DNA of 64,000 nucleotides. Source: Diadema antillarum (lineage: Eukaryota). This document shows, piece by piece, positions 46,801 to 59,849 of the stretch. The DNA is taken from positions 4,154,001-4,218,000 of the forward strand of contig NW_027270924.1 of assembly GCF_040938485.1 (NCBI RefSeq), given 5' to 3'. Position numbers and translations under genes: made by a program. A model generated the notes under the pieces. That model ran no database searches, was not told the origin of the DNA, and saw nothing but the letters and a program-made list of their open reading frames with translations. The stretch's first letter is position 1; each line of letters starts with the position of its first letter.

Positions 46801-49676
46801 GGAAAGGTGAGATGAGTTTATTGTTATACATTATAGATAATGGGTGAATGGGCAATTGAAAAAATGTAGAATATTTTGTTTATAATTTTTGGTTTTATGT
46901 TGAAAAGGGTATATAACATGTATAATATAGTTGTAAAGAGGGGTTTTGATTATCATAATAGGTGGTGGGGGGTATGGGGCAAGTATAAGTTGGTGAAGAT
47001 TTGATGAGATGGTGATGATGATAATAAGGTTTTATGTATTGTATGTTTGTATATTTATCTTATTATTTTATAATGAGGATAATTGTATTAATATTGTGGA
47101 AGATAATTATACAACCGTTGTTATTGTTATGCAGAAATAGTATATGCATTGATATTTGATTGATTAATTAATATTTAATCAATTAATTGACAGTTTATGT
47201 GTAATATGATATGTATATTTTGTGTTGCAGTAATGTAAACTCCAATATTGTTTTCTGTACCCCATAAACTTGTCTTAACCTGTCATTCGTTTTGAATGAA
47301 ACGGTGGACCTGGTCCTTTTGTATATATGTAATTCTAACATTCCTTGAACTTGAATAAAGTCATGATTAAACAACATTTCGTATGTTTCTCTCCCCTGAG
47401 CCACAACGATCCCATGAAACAATTCAATTTAATTTAATTCAATTCATTTTTATATTTCGCAATGAAGGAATGTACATCAAATATAATGAAATAAAGTGAA
47501 TCAAATTATCCGGCTACGATGCACAATAAATTATAGTAAACATATTGAAAAAAAAAACATGGCGGTCACTCTTCGTAAATTTGGCTCTCTGTATAAATGC
47601 TAAAGAAAAATGATGGGCCCTACTTAAAAGCAAGCTTGTTAAGCGTAGGTCCCAAATTCTGAACAGAGGGTACAAAAACGCATGAGGAGCACGGGTGCAA
47701 CATAATATAGGACCAAAATATAGAAAACAAAACTGAAAGGCAAGGATCTCCGGGGAAATAACGGATTGTTCTCAAATACACATAGTGAAAACAAACAAAT
47801 AACCACATTCTGTTGACGTATACATGAACAGTTGTTTTAGCGATGTTAACAATATGGTGTGATAATACGATTTGAATAATACTGCAAACACTCGACATGT
47901 GGGTCCTCAGAAGAACATGGGAAGCCTTTAATAAGGGAGAGAGAACATGCATGTACTAACAATTCAAAAAAGATTTACCAGCTAGTAGCAACGACGTGAG
48001 TACAACAAAGCCAGTTGTTAACGAGTTCCAAAGTATAAATTACTAGTATACTGATTTGGAGGAATTTATGAGCGCAAACAGCGAGGCTCAACGATTTGAA
48101 TGACAACAACCAAGTACATAACAGCAAAACGCGCATAAACAAGATAGAAAGAAATTTCAGTGGACTTACGCAATGTAATTATCCTATAAATTGTGTCCTA
48201 ATTTGTACTGGGAGATCGTTCAAGTATTTCGGTCCTGTATACATAACTGTTTGTCAATCACTGAATATTTGTATACTGTATACATAAAATGACATTTTGA
48301 TACATTGTATTATGGCTTCGATTAAAATGAGGTAGACATATATGACACGGCATTCAATTACTTTGTGTACTTTCATTTTACTTCTATTTTATGTCACTGT
48401 TTCATCGCGTCTTTTACGTTTAAAGACTGTAATCTATTGTTTTTTATATAGTAATGCGTGTCAACTGAACGGAGTGCGTCCTCGTTGTAGATCTTCATGT
48501 TTCACTTTAAAAAAAAAAACACGTTGTCAGCCATTTTGAAATCACACGGCTTTTTTTACAATCATTGTCAACTCATTCCTAAAGATTTTATGTCCTGTCA
48601 TGCAAATGGAAACATCAGGTTCCGAATAACGGAGGGAAAAACAAGTGTTGAAGTATATAAGCAACAGTCAGCGAACAGTTGTGTTCATGCTATGGAAACT
48701 GACTACACTTACCTTGGTAACACTTCACGTTCATGTTGAATCTCACAGGGTAGATATATATACAATAACTGTAGCTTCGTCTGATGGGTGAGCGATAAAA
48801 GGGGAGAATACTCTGTGTCTTTCACTATCAGATTCCGAGATTTCTTGCTTGCTATTTCGTCAAGTCTTTCGAATAACACCAATCCATTTTTGTTGGTATT
48901 GAGGGTGTAGAGGATTCTTCTTCCAAGGGGTGCAAGGAGAACCCAACTATCACGGTTGTCAGCGCAGGTTCGGTTACACCATATCTCCCGTTCCAGTGAA
49001 ATCCCCGAACAATTTAGACTGAAATCTGCGTGATGATAAGAATCACAAAGAGTGCACGTAAATCAATGAATCAATATGAGAATAGTAATAAAATGAACAA
49101 TGAAACATTCCTCTATTAGTACTCGAGCTGATGTTAGTTCGGTGACATGATTTAAGCCCCAACTCATGTACTATTTCTTACCAAATTCTTTGAACGCATT
49201 CGTCTTCCTGGAGGTAATAGCCCAATAGTTAAGTTATATATTGCTTTCTTTCAATAGCGTAGCAGATTTAAAAAAAAAATGATAAAGGTTAACTTAATAG
49301 AACCTAATTACTCGTGGGAATTTTTAGAACAGAGGTTCAAGCATATCTGATATAACATCCCATTCTTGCGTAAAGACTGACATGCTTAACCCAGTGAAGT
49401 GGTCCCACCTCACATCCAACTGGACCCCATGGAAGACCAGCTTAACGTAGTTGAATATGGGCTATCCAGCCATCTTCTCAGATGGAAAATGAACAAACAA
49501 ACAAACAAACAATAAGAACTGAGAAAGAGAGAAATGTGCGAGGTATGTCAATGATGGAATGAAAATTGAAAGGTATACCTACATGTATTAGTTCCCAATG
49601 CTGAGGACCTCATAGAAGGATTGCAAAACATGAAATGAGCAGAAATCCATACAAGGAATATCATTCTTTCCTCCAT
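36411..49676 (-). CDS. Receptor gene B, paralog of gene A with the same architecture (~832 aa if exon 2 is resolved; possibly a pseudogene)
   Basis: Manual exons 49676-49583, 49025-48713, 44644-44420, 43808-43734, 43259-42990, 42552-42331, 41062-41003, 39371-39260 and 37539-36411. Exon 2 is 313 nt (3n+1) and the sushi exon donor is GC. Confidence 0.8.
39260..39371 (-). CDS. Gene B transmembrane exon
   Basis: DHESDGKDIITYILGILLVVFAVVGILSIAWCRHQQKR; CCAG/GTGAAT boundaries, phase 1-2. Confidence 0.85.
42331..42552 (-). CDS. Gene B sushi/CCP exon
   Basis: FCDHPEIVPNGSW...LICDKGYTVNGSAILQCVG...VWNASVPSC; all four Cys and the Trp are present. Confidence 0.85.
42990..43259 (-). CDS. Gene B WSC domain exon
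   Basis: FLGCYKD...ECMSTC...VAVMHEGLCIC...WTCP; 270 nt, about 58% aa identical to gene A. Confidence 0.8.
43734..44644 (-). CDS. Gene B SRCR domain split over two exons (44644-44420 and 43808-43734)
   Basis: VKLADGRSPLEGL...YVCYDGFTDKAAELVCEELGF...VSC / MDCL...ECFSNRIVRLQC. Confidence 0.8.
45340..46020 (+). mobile_element. Decayed 3' fragment of an RLE-type non-LTR retrotransposon (HERO/NeSL-like)
   Basis: DSLPSYTNLHTWGK, zinc knuckle CVFC...HILSNC, WRHN, LRPDLVI, VELTVPFE and IEVGARG, spread across frameshifts. Confidence 0.85.
46068..46620. repeat. Two tandem ~275-bp copies downstream of the RLE fragment
   Basis: GGGAGGTACGGCATCTAGATC(C/T)GTAGGATT at ~46070 and ~46346 with colinear downstream sequence. 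Confidence 0.85.
47421..48245 (-). mobile_element. Second, more truncated copy of the CR1/L2 family at 14041
   Basis: (AATTC)n tail, then AATGAAGGAATGTACATCAAATATAA, GTAGGTCCCAAATTCTGAACAGAG and GGAGATCGTTC, all matching 14041-14900. Confidence 0.85.
48713..49025 (-). CDS. Gene B exon 2, divergent CUB-like domain
   Basis: NCSGISLEREIWCNRTC...SWVLLAPLGRRILYTL in the entry frame; YPVRFNMNVKCY in the +1 frame before the GTAAG donor. Confidence 0.55.
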
Positions 49677-51733
49677 CGCGAAAAAGGGGGAATCATAGCA
49701 CAGCCACTGCAGATAACTCCGAAATACCAGCACGCTGTTATTCAAAAGACTGAAAGTCGGTGTAATGTTCCCTTGAAACCCTACATGCAACCGGTACGTG
49801 GAATAGGAATGAACGATAATTGCAGTTGATGGTAATGAGCTGATTGATGACGTTGGAGTATTAAAAAGTCTGAGTGCGCATGAGACTGCGTTCGAGCAGA
49901 ATGAAATTGCAATTATCTCATAAAGTTGTCTGGGCTTTCAAGGAAGCGATACAGGAGGATCCACAGCATACAGTCACTCGAGAACGCCAATCATCAGTTT
50001 CAGTAATATAACGCCCACGCTGTCGTTTGAGATATTGTATTGTGTCATGTTATTATCACAGATCTATTATCATATTTCTGTGATAGTTACTGAAATTCAT
50101 GGGATACTTTTGGACTACATTATTACTGGCTAAGTGCTTCCAGCAAGCTGAACGACTCCATAAAGAATTGTGCATGTTTTGAACATGAAATATGTAAAAC
50201 AAAGTGATAAACAAAATTCTTGAAGGTGGAAAACTACTTTCGACACTTAATCAAATTCACAAAGCATTATCTCTTTTTCTTTCCCTCCCCCCCCCCCCCT
50301 CTCTCTCTCTCTCTCTCTGTCTTTCCATTTCTTTGGCCTATGCATTTTAGATTATTTATATGTATGATAGTCTTTGTGCAAGAAGCTGAACCCGCCTGTT
50401 TTGCTTTTTTTTCTTTTGTGAGTACTGGATTCAAATCTGGATGATAAAGCTCTTTTACAATTGAGGGCTTTGAAATATCAAAGGACAAGTCCACCTTCAT
50501 GTGGATTGAGTGAATGCAGTAATAATACATCAGTGAAAGTTTTGGGGGAAATCGGACAGTCAGTTCAAAAGTTCTGATTTTTTTAGGTTTCTGCTCTGTC
50601 ACTGCAGGATGAGAAGACTATTACAGCTTGTGATGTCACATGTATAGAACAATGTAATGAAAATATAAAGACATTTCAACATATTTTCACTTTTCTCGCA
50701 TCGTTAAAAAAAAAAACCCAAAACACTTGACTTGCCTCTTTCAGAAGGCAGGGGGATAATACAGGTTTTCCCGCCTAATTTCATCAGATTTTCATTCCAT
50801 TTAAAAATGTGATCATTCAAGTTCGAGTGAATTTTTGAATGATCACGGAGATCAGCATTCAAGAAAGTAACTGGTTTATTCAATGTAATTTAATCAGCAT
50901 ACAATTTCATGAGTTTCTCAAATAAACATGTAAAAAGGGCGTTAGAAGAAGGTTAAGGAATTCAAATTTACGATAAGCAATAAGGCAAAATTTTTACAAC
51001 ATATGAACAGTCTTTTTCGTTGTTTCTTATATTCTTTGTAGTTACTCGTCTATTTGAATATGCACACTTAATGTATTCTGAAATGGGACTTTTGCCTTGT
51101 GTAGGGCCTATGAAAGCTCGTATAACTCTTTGAAACACGTATTATGTACATTACATTCATGCACGACCCTGACGCTGCTAGAGAAGAGTACACGTATACA
51201 TGAATATCTCGAATACGGACAGAATTTATGGGCGAAGCTTTTGACAACTATAGCAAGACTATATCACTGGAGAAACCATTGGGTGAAACAGGTCTACAGT
51301 TGAACCGACTGTGGCAACTTATGATATGGACACGGGGAAGGTGTGAATGGAATCAAAATGTAAATTTGAATGTAGAGAAATTTTGAGATTTAGCCATTCT
51401 CTTAATGTTACATCGATACTGTAAGGAAGTAATTTGAACGTGGAAGACAAAATTATTCACAAAATACAGTAGACTAAAACTGAATAAATGAAACTTTAAA
51501 ATTAAAATGTAATTGTGTACAGCAATCCAATGTATTGCAGAGAGAAACCAGAAAGGACCCGCAGAAACGCATGGGAACTTCTTATGTTGATTGAATTTGA
51601 TTTTTTTTTTAAAGTTGTATTCCTATAAATGAAATTGAAACTGGTAATTCTAAACTTTTGAACGAATTGCCCGATTTTCCCAAAACTTTCACTAATGCTC
51701 TCTACTAATATTGCTGCGTTCACTCAATTCACA

Positions 51734-51900
51734 CAGTGGCAAATCCAGAGGGGGGCGCACCGGGCGCGCGCCACCTCTTTATTTGTAGTTAAAACAAAAG
51801 AAATAAAAAGGAAAAATGAGATGAAACCCGGAAGTAGCACCAAAAATATTGTTTGCGCGCCCCCCCCCCCCCCTTTACGGAATTCCTGGATCCGCCCCCG
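51734..51900. mobile_element. Short MITE, hAT-like TIRs
   Basis: CAGTGGCAAATCCAG ... CTGGATCCGCCCCCG imperfect TIRs with G/C tracts inside. Confidence 0.5.
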
Positions 51901-52650
51901 TCACATGCCCATGAAGGTGGACTAGTCCTTTACAGATGGTAGCCAAATTGGCGCATAAAATGACGTCTTGCCACATTTTCTTTTAAATCGTTGAAAAGGG
52001 AGAAACAAAAATTAAAGATTTTCTTTACATTTTTAATCTCGAGTTAGCTGAACCTGTATCTGGATGTAGCAACTTTTGCATCCTTGAGAATTATGAGATA
52101 TTCAAGATTCAGAATGCATGTAGTACCAGTTTGTTTTAAGTTATTTTATTTTTAGCATGATTATGTTGAATTTATGATATTATGATATGGATAGTCAGGC
52201 CCGTTCCCCCTCGATATGGAAAATGACTGCAGAACGGATGACGTTTCCAGGAGATCTTTCCTGCTCTGTAGAGTTATGTGAACACATAATATCCCTACTC
52301 TGTCAGTGCTGAGGAAGAAAAGGGCTCGAGTACACGTCATGAGACCTCTTCAGCTAATCGGCCACTCCCTGCGCGTGCGTAGATGTCCAATCGAAAGCAT
52401 ACTAGCCGATTCCCAAGGCTTTTAGGAAAGTGGCACGAGCGAGTACTTACATTGTCGATCATCTTTCAATTCATTTTTACCACGACTCACACACACACAC
52501 ACACAAACACACACACCCTCGTCCTGTACCTATCAATACACACATGCACACACGTACATCTATTACACTTCAGTTAATACTTGATATTTATCAAACCTTC
52601 CTGCTTACATTGAGATTATGACAGCTTTATTCACACACAAAAAAATACAT

Positions 52651-52689
<39 letters not shown>

Positions 52690-54889
52690 GTATATTGTCT
52701 TTAGAATCTGAAGGAAAATATGGTATATGCCTCCTTATGTAAATCATGAGGTGACACGAAATTCGCTCCTGCGACAATTGTTCCCGTCTCATTATCTCCC
52801 AGGACTTAGGGTTCAGGTTTGGGTTGTGATATTAGTATTTTAGGTTTAGTTTGATGTGAGGATTAGGGTTAGGGTTAGGGTTATGTTTGTGGGTAGAATT
52901 TATGTTTAGCTTAGCGTGCAAATATTTCATGGCGGCAATTGTCACAGGGGCAAATGTCAATGAACCATATTATAAACCTTCCCATTTCCTACCTTTTTTG
53001 ACAGCATTTTGTTTCTCTTCCCCATAATTGAATTGCTGTTCTAACCTCTTGCAATAACTGAATACAGTGTAGCTGATTCTGACCTTATTAAACATGTTAC
53101 TTCTTTCAAAGTTACACTAAGAAGTTACACACTAAACTGCACTATTTTCTTCTTCTTCTTGATACAGTGTACTTCCACGAAATAACGGCATCGGTAACTA
53201 ATGTTTCTTGTTGTTAAGCTTCTTGTAATTGTACGAATATGATACAATGTATTTTCAGTGTCTTTATAGGACATTAAGAAGTAGCACTGCAGACACTAAT
53301 TATCTTTGTTACAATATCATCTAATGATTACTTATTACCAGCGTTGCTTTCATTATTCAAAGTCCGGAATTTTAGCTCTGGATGTCTTCTGGTCATGAAT
53401 GAAATTGTGCCAGGTATTTCCTGATAACACGAATTCCGGTACTGCATAACATCAGCCAAACTATTATTTCCTCTGTTTTCAATCTAAAGAACGATGACTT
53501 CTTTGCCCTTAATTCAATTTGACAATATTACATGTGAAATCCATACCTGAAATTACTTTCTACAATGTCCCATTGAGATTACCATAGTTATGAACATTGT
53601 GTATACAACATTCTGGGTTAGTTGAGTTATCAAACGTCCCTCGCAGGTCCTACTAAAGCTCTGAAAAGTCTTCGTTGCTTTCTCGCGTTTCTTACGTCAG
53701 CTCACTTGTTCACTTTCACTGAAACTTATTGACTTGTAACTTGTTTCACAGATATCACCGTAATGATGATAACGTATAGTAAACATTAATAAACATTGGA
53801 ATTATCCGAAAGACCATGCATTATTATAAAATATTATGACACATTTTATGTTCTCAAGCATATTTATCATTTTTGGTTGTTGTTCTTTTTTTTCGTTTTT
53901 GTTTTTTTGTTTTGTTTTGTTTTTTTTAATACACAAAACCAGCTTATTCAGAAATATAGCAAGGCACTTGCGATATCTGTTTAGTCCAGCCTGGCACGAA
54001 GAATGAAATGCCAGAAAACCTTTTTATAATTCACGAGCAAATACGTGTGCCGTCTACATTGATACCACTAAAGTCTGACGACGTAATTTACCTTAGATTG
54101 TATTATATATATTTTTTAATAGTAGGGTGGAAAAATGAGACTATTTAAATGATGACATGTCCTAGTCCAAGCTAGAAACATGATGAAGTTCGTGCGTTCC
54201 TATAATTTTAAATTGCATTCATTTACCAATGTACTTCGGTAATTATAACCCAACACACCTGATCATCGTGCATACACAAACGTCCTGGTAGGAAACAGGT
54301 ATCTTCAATGAGGTATACAGATAGATCATGTACATTTACAGCGTATCGAGAAAACACTCCAAAATAACATCCATTAATTCAGTGTACAAACATGAATGTG
54401 ATTTGTCCTGTCAAGGATTCCACTTGTTGCTATAAGTCCTTAGTGTATTTACAAATCAAGTTTATCTTACATTTATCTTATAGTAACGCAACCAATATGA
54501 GTTTTCACAAAATGGAGTTAATGTGTCACTAACACGAATATTGCAAAGAATGAGTTTTGAATGATGACAATGATGCTTTATGTATAATTTTCATCAGTGG
54601 ATAATGATAAACATCACAGGTTATAATTATTTTGCTTTGCGTTCGTTCATAAATATTACTTTTGCTTTTCACTTGAATTCAACCTGTTAAGGACGAAGGT
54701 CGAATCCTCTTTGAAGGCTCTCTTCAAAAAGGCATTTGTTCTCATACTTCCGGGTTATACTGCATGGTTGTAATTAAGGTTTATAAAGCTTAAATGATTC
54801 CCTAACGCTCCATGACGAATAGTTCACAGATAATTTAGCCAAAATATAAGTTGATATATTAGAAGTTTTGTTAGTGCGCACCTTCTTAC

Positions 54890-55265
54890 TATTTTCGGAT
54901 TAACAAACCTTCGGAATAACAAACCTTACATTATTTTTGGATTAACGAACCTTTGGAATATCGAACTGTTTTTCAATTTCAGATTGAAGAATTTCCGGAC
55001 GAACGAACCTTATGATCAACAAGCCATTGGAAATCTGAACTTTATTTAATTTTCGGATATTCGAATCTATTATTTATTATGTTAGGATTAACGAACCTTC
55101 CAAATTCCAAATTTCATATCATTTTTAGACCAACGAACCTTCTGAATTACTCCGCAAATTTTCGAATTAAGGAACCCAATTTAATTTTTAAAATAACAAA
55201 CATGTATTTAAAGGGAATTTGTGTGTTACGGAATAACGAACATCCGGATTGACGAACATTACCCA
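54890..55265. repeat. Degenerate array of AACGAACCTT(C/T)GGAAT-type units
   Basis: About ten recurrences of TAAC(G/A)AACCTT / TTCGGA motifs. Confidence 0.6.
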
Positions 55266-55342
55266 TCGTAATCCCCAACTATATTCGTCGCTGTTGTGAA
55301 ATTATTTTAATACCAGTTTGCAAAATAAGTATAAAGGCATCT

Positions 55343-56710
55343 TTACAGTTCTGGTTCGCGAGGAATACTCTCATACACTGTTGAATTGAAGTGATCTTCT
55401 GTTTGGGGGGAAATTTCGTTTTCGTACAAATCTATCTTTGTGGAAGACAAGCTGTTGTGGCTCTCACAGCCATCATTGACGCTTTCACCAGGATCTGCTT
55501 CTAAAACGAGATAGCCATGTTCATCCATCTCATGCTCCACTCGTGACCCTCGGGTCATTGCATAAGGGCCAAATTCGGCATTTCCTTCAATATTCCAGTA
55601 GGTAGGACAGTACTGCGGTTCTGGAATAGGCGCGGATTGTTCGGAAGCTGAGGGAATTTCGTGGTAAATTGACGATTGGCATTTCCCACATTTGTCATCT
55701 ACACCTCTGGCCTGAATAGATGACGCTATGCTGATTTCTTTACCACATGGTGACACACTTGCTTTAGGTTGAAATCTAGTAGCTCTGTGCAGACTGACAT
55801 TGGAAAGGAGGTAGCCGTCTTCATCAATATCTTCTTCCTCTTTATTAAAATGCCTGGATTGAAGAAATATTACCTTCTTCTTCCCTTTCTTCTCTGAACC
55901 TGACATGTCCATGTATAGTGCTTTCGTGTTATCCGCTGCCTCATTATTACACTCGTGTTTACCACCCTGGTGTATGACGTCATGAGGACATGATCTAGTG
56001 TATGCTGAACCTCTCCCGCTCCTCTGTCTAGTTTCACGAGATCGGTCCGTTGAAGATGACGTATGACCCTGTATCAGGAAACCCACAAAAAAAATCGCCA
56101 GGAGGCATATCTATATGAGGATAGCTTCTGAAAAGGGAAATATAATTACTCAGCAAACTTTCATGTTTCCTCATCATCAAAATACATGATTGGAAATCAA
56201 AACAAACAGGAATGATGCTTTAGAGAAAAGGAGATCCGAAAAATACCGTCTATTCTAGTGCAATGAGTCAACTTATGTCGACGATTTGTGTGTGGACTAA
56301 GTCGACATTCAAAACTAAAAAGCAACTACAGGTACAGATTGTCAGATAGACGTAGATCTCGGGGCACTTAGTTGCATTAGTTTAGCATGATCATATCAAA
56401 ATATCAAAGGTACCGCTGACTGAAATATACAGTGGACTCCCGTTATAACGAAGTCCTCGGGACCGGCAGTTTTCTTTCGTAATATCGAAATTTCGTTGTA
56501 AATGAACAGTGTTAAACAATTAATAAACAAAACAAAACATATAGTGGATAATTTTGCGGAATTGTATCATAATCGTGTTCGATATAACGAGAGTGCAGTG
56601 CACTGTAATCACCTACGTTTGCTCGATGGAATGAGATAAAAGAATTTGCTCTATATCAAAGCCCGCAACACGCTCTGAATTGAAATACACTCACACACAC
56701 ACACGCATAC

Positions 56711-56758
<48 letters not shown>

Positions 56759-56817
56759 GTTGAGGGGTTTCTTGCTTTCTGTTCCTTTTTGAAGAATGCT
56801 CACCCCCTTAAGATATG

Positions 56818-56849
<32 letters not shown>

Positions 56850-57822
56850 ATAACACTTTCACATGTAAAACCACAACCTGCGAACCCGAATTTATGTGTC
56901 GTTAATCACCTCTGCTGAGTTCTCATACGTGTTTTCTCGGTGACCGATGGCGCCACCAGATTTGTTGTCTGGATGTTGAGGCAAAACATAAGTGTCGATA
57001 CTGGTAGAGTGCAATAAAACAACGCCGTCTGTTGAGCCTGGTGTCGAAGTGTTCAGAGGATTCAGCTGCGACTGCTCTTCACTTGAGTTGACATTTGACT
57101 GACCAGAAGCCTCTGTACGCCTGTATTACATTATGTAAAATAAAGAGGAAAAACGTTAAGGAGTGAATCCATACTGTCAAACTGGAGGAGATGTAATTAT
57201 AGACCGCTTAAAAAAATAAAATAAAAATAAAAGAGTTATGAGACATTATTACTACGTAACCATAAATTAGCTAGTATAGTTTAATACAAAAGAAAGTTTT
57301 AACTTTTTGTTGAAAGTTTTGATGTGATTAGAATTCCATTGAGATGTAGCTTTCCTCTTTTTATTTTCAGTTTAGATTTGATTATTTTCATTATCAGTAT
57401 GTTACAAAACATCATCAGGAGAATGCACTGATAGGTAAAACAGCAAATTCTAGCTGAGATGTTTTCTCCTCTATTTGATCCCTTGATAAGGTATGTTTAT
57501 TCAGTGTTCACCGTTGTATTGGTGGTGAGATTTTGCGAAATAAGTAACAAAAATATCGTTATAATGACAGAATTACAAAATCAGAAATTCGATTCCCATT
57601 GACTTTAATCATACTGTTGTGATGACCTGTTACCACTAAATAAATAAACCACCCCTATTCCCTTTCCCCATATAATAGTTTGTATTAAAAAAAGTCACCT
57701 TTTCTTTTGATGTTTCCACCAAGCCATTATCATGGACAGTATGACAAGAACGGCGAAAACAATGCCGAGAAGGGTTCCCAAGATGTACGTAATCCCACAA
57801 AGTTCGGTATCTGGTTCGGTAT
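55343..57822 (-). CDS. Receptor gene C, 3' part: TM exon plus two-exon Tyr-rich tail; ectodomain exons presumably beyond 64000
   Basis: Exons 57822-57699 (DTEPDTELCGITYILGTLLGIVFAVLVILSMIMAWWKHQKKR), 57120-56910 and 56068-55343, phase-compatible and open. Motifs LYMDM, SIYHEI, TYWNI, LYENEI, TVYESI and TYENS. Confidence 0.85.
56430..56605. mobile_element. Tc1/mariner (pogo-like) MITE
   Basis: TA|CAGTGGACTCCCGTTATAACGAA ... TTCGATATAACGAGAGTGC(AGTGC)ACTG|TA. Confidence 0.65.
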
Positions 57823-58340
57823 CTGGAAGATAAATCATCTAGTTATTCCATCGTCACCTCGAAAGTCAATGGAGGAAGAATTTTCTCTCGCAGTTTTTTT
57901 TTTTCTCTTTAATGATGACTATAGGCAGAAATGACGTTTGTTTTTGTTTTTCATAATCAGATCAAATCATTATGAAGAGAAATAGTTCTATTTTGTAACC
58001 TGGCAAGATTTCTCACTTTGCTGAATTATCGCAGTATACTAACATTAAAAAAAATTGTTTTTGCTGTTGACGAGTGACTGCTAAGATAGCATGAGATGAG
58101 AGACTTCAGAAAATCAGATTATTCGTGCCCGGTTTGAAGGGTTGTACTCATAGAAGTTCACGCACTTGACGGAAAGAGCATATGGGAATTATTACACAAA
58201 TTCGTAAGCAGATTTTGTAGTGATTACTGTAATACAAAATAATATAATGTTTATCACAACAGTTCCTAAGTCCCTGATTTAAGGCAGAGCATTCAGACCT
58301 GACCAAAACTGTAAACGAATAAGGGATTAACAAAATGTTA

Positions 58341-59353
58341 TATTAGATGGGTTAGTCAAATACCGGTTAGTGAATGGCTAAATACAGTCACGTGATAGAG
58401 GCACATTGGTTATGTTCGCCCATGGGCAGAACATTTTTGTAATGTTCTCCCATGGGAAAACATTTTCACGTAACAAATGACAAACGATACCAAACGATTG
58501 AACGATCATATTTTCCACGCCATCGATAGGATAAATTTGCCTATTCCATACAATGTGAAAAAGCAGATGACCGATTATTGTAATACGTACGAAAGTGTGA
58601 GAGAAGGAGATGCAACTCCCGCTCTCCTTTGAAGTCATGCGCGGCACCGCCGAGAAGTTATGTGCTTAACTACAGGTGGGAACCAGGTGCTTTGACAAAA
58701 GAGAGCGTGCAATAATCGGAACTAGGGCTCTCACACCAGGAAAGACTTACCCCTACTGCGGTTCGCTCTCTCTCTCAATGTGATGGCAACAATGAATTTG
58801 TGTGCCTTGAATTGGAGCAGCGAATCAAAATGCAGCGTAAAGTGACAATTTTAACAGTAACAAGTTTAAAAGCACGCTGGAACACGCTTTAGCAGAGGAC
58901 TTTATTTGAAAGATCAAAATATCCCAGATTGAAAGATTAAAAAATAAAATGCGCAAATGTGCGCATCATAGGTTTTTCAGAGGACCAAATTTTCATTTCA
59001 TGTCGATTTGCACATCACGAAGAAACTAGAAATATATGTTTATAATATCGAATTCTTTCCTAAACTCTTCTCAGTCAATTCGAGCATTTCACTTTAGATT
59101 TTACGATGAAATATAGCTCGTAATTCGATGAAAAGTGAAATGCATTCGTCGTCTCCAAACTTCGTCTTGCAACTGAGTGGTGCTGAGCATGACTTAAAAG
59201 CGTAGTGGAATGTTAGACATCCCATCGTCAACGCTTTGAACCCGAGCATGTGTTTGCATGAATTATGAAGAGTTGCCACTTCATCAGTGTAACACATCCC
59301 TGGCGCGAGCGATCGAAAGCGTTGTACTGGTGATTTGACTAACCCATATAATA
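58341..59353. mobile_element. ~1-kb non-autonomous TIR element, absent from gene A
   Basis: TATTAGATGGGTTAGTCAAAT and ATTTGACTAACCCATATAATA are inverted with a 20/21 match. Confidence 0.75.
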
Positions 59354-59849
59354 CATGTATAGCAAATGATGACTTTTGTTGTCGGGAACAGGGTTTGAAA
59401 TGCTATTTCGGGAGGCTATAAGTCCCTCGACTACGTCTCGGGACTTATAACCTTCCTCAATAGCATCCAAACCCTTCGGGTGGAACTTTCGGTATGTTCC
59501 CTCCCCCGCCAGTCATCTTCTGTATACTGTGAATGTTTACTTTGCATAGGCAGACGTTTGGCTTTTGTAAGCCATATTCACGAATGGAGCTTTTTCGAGA
59601 AAATGCATTTTTGTTAGACTAACGCAAATGTGTTCTATGGCAGTAACGATACTACTGTACGAAGACCTGATAAACTCGCCAGACATAATATGTTTTCTTC
59701 AGCCTTGTTGAGAGAAAAAAAAAAACACATTACAACTTGCCGTTTCTTCATGGACAATGGGTATTCTGACTTTTGGATATGCATCGTCTTTCTGTCTGTC
59801 TTGCTTTGCTGTCTGCGACTTTCTTCTTGTAATGCGTTCATTGTTTAGA

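Noticed and set aside
50267-50602. 111-aa minus-strand ORF upstream of gene B
   Set aside because: Runs into a microsatellite/poly-G tract, has no homolog upstream of gene A and no recognisable motif.
52790-52960. Interstitial telomere (TTAGGG)n (also CCCTAA at ~27600)
   Set aside because: Only a few degenerate units embedded in a small interspersed repeat with GGCAATT dyads.
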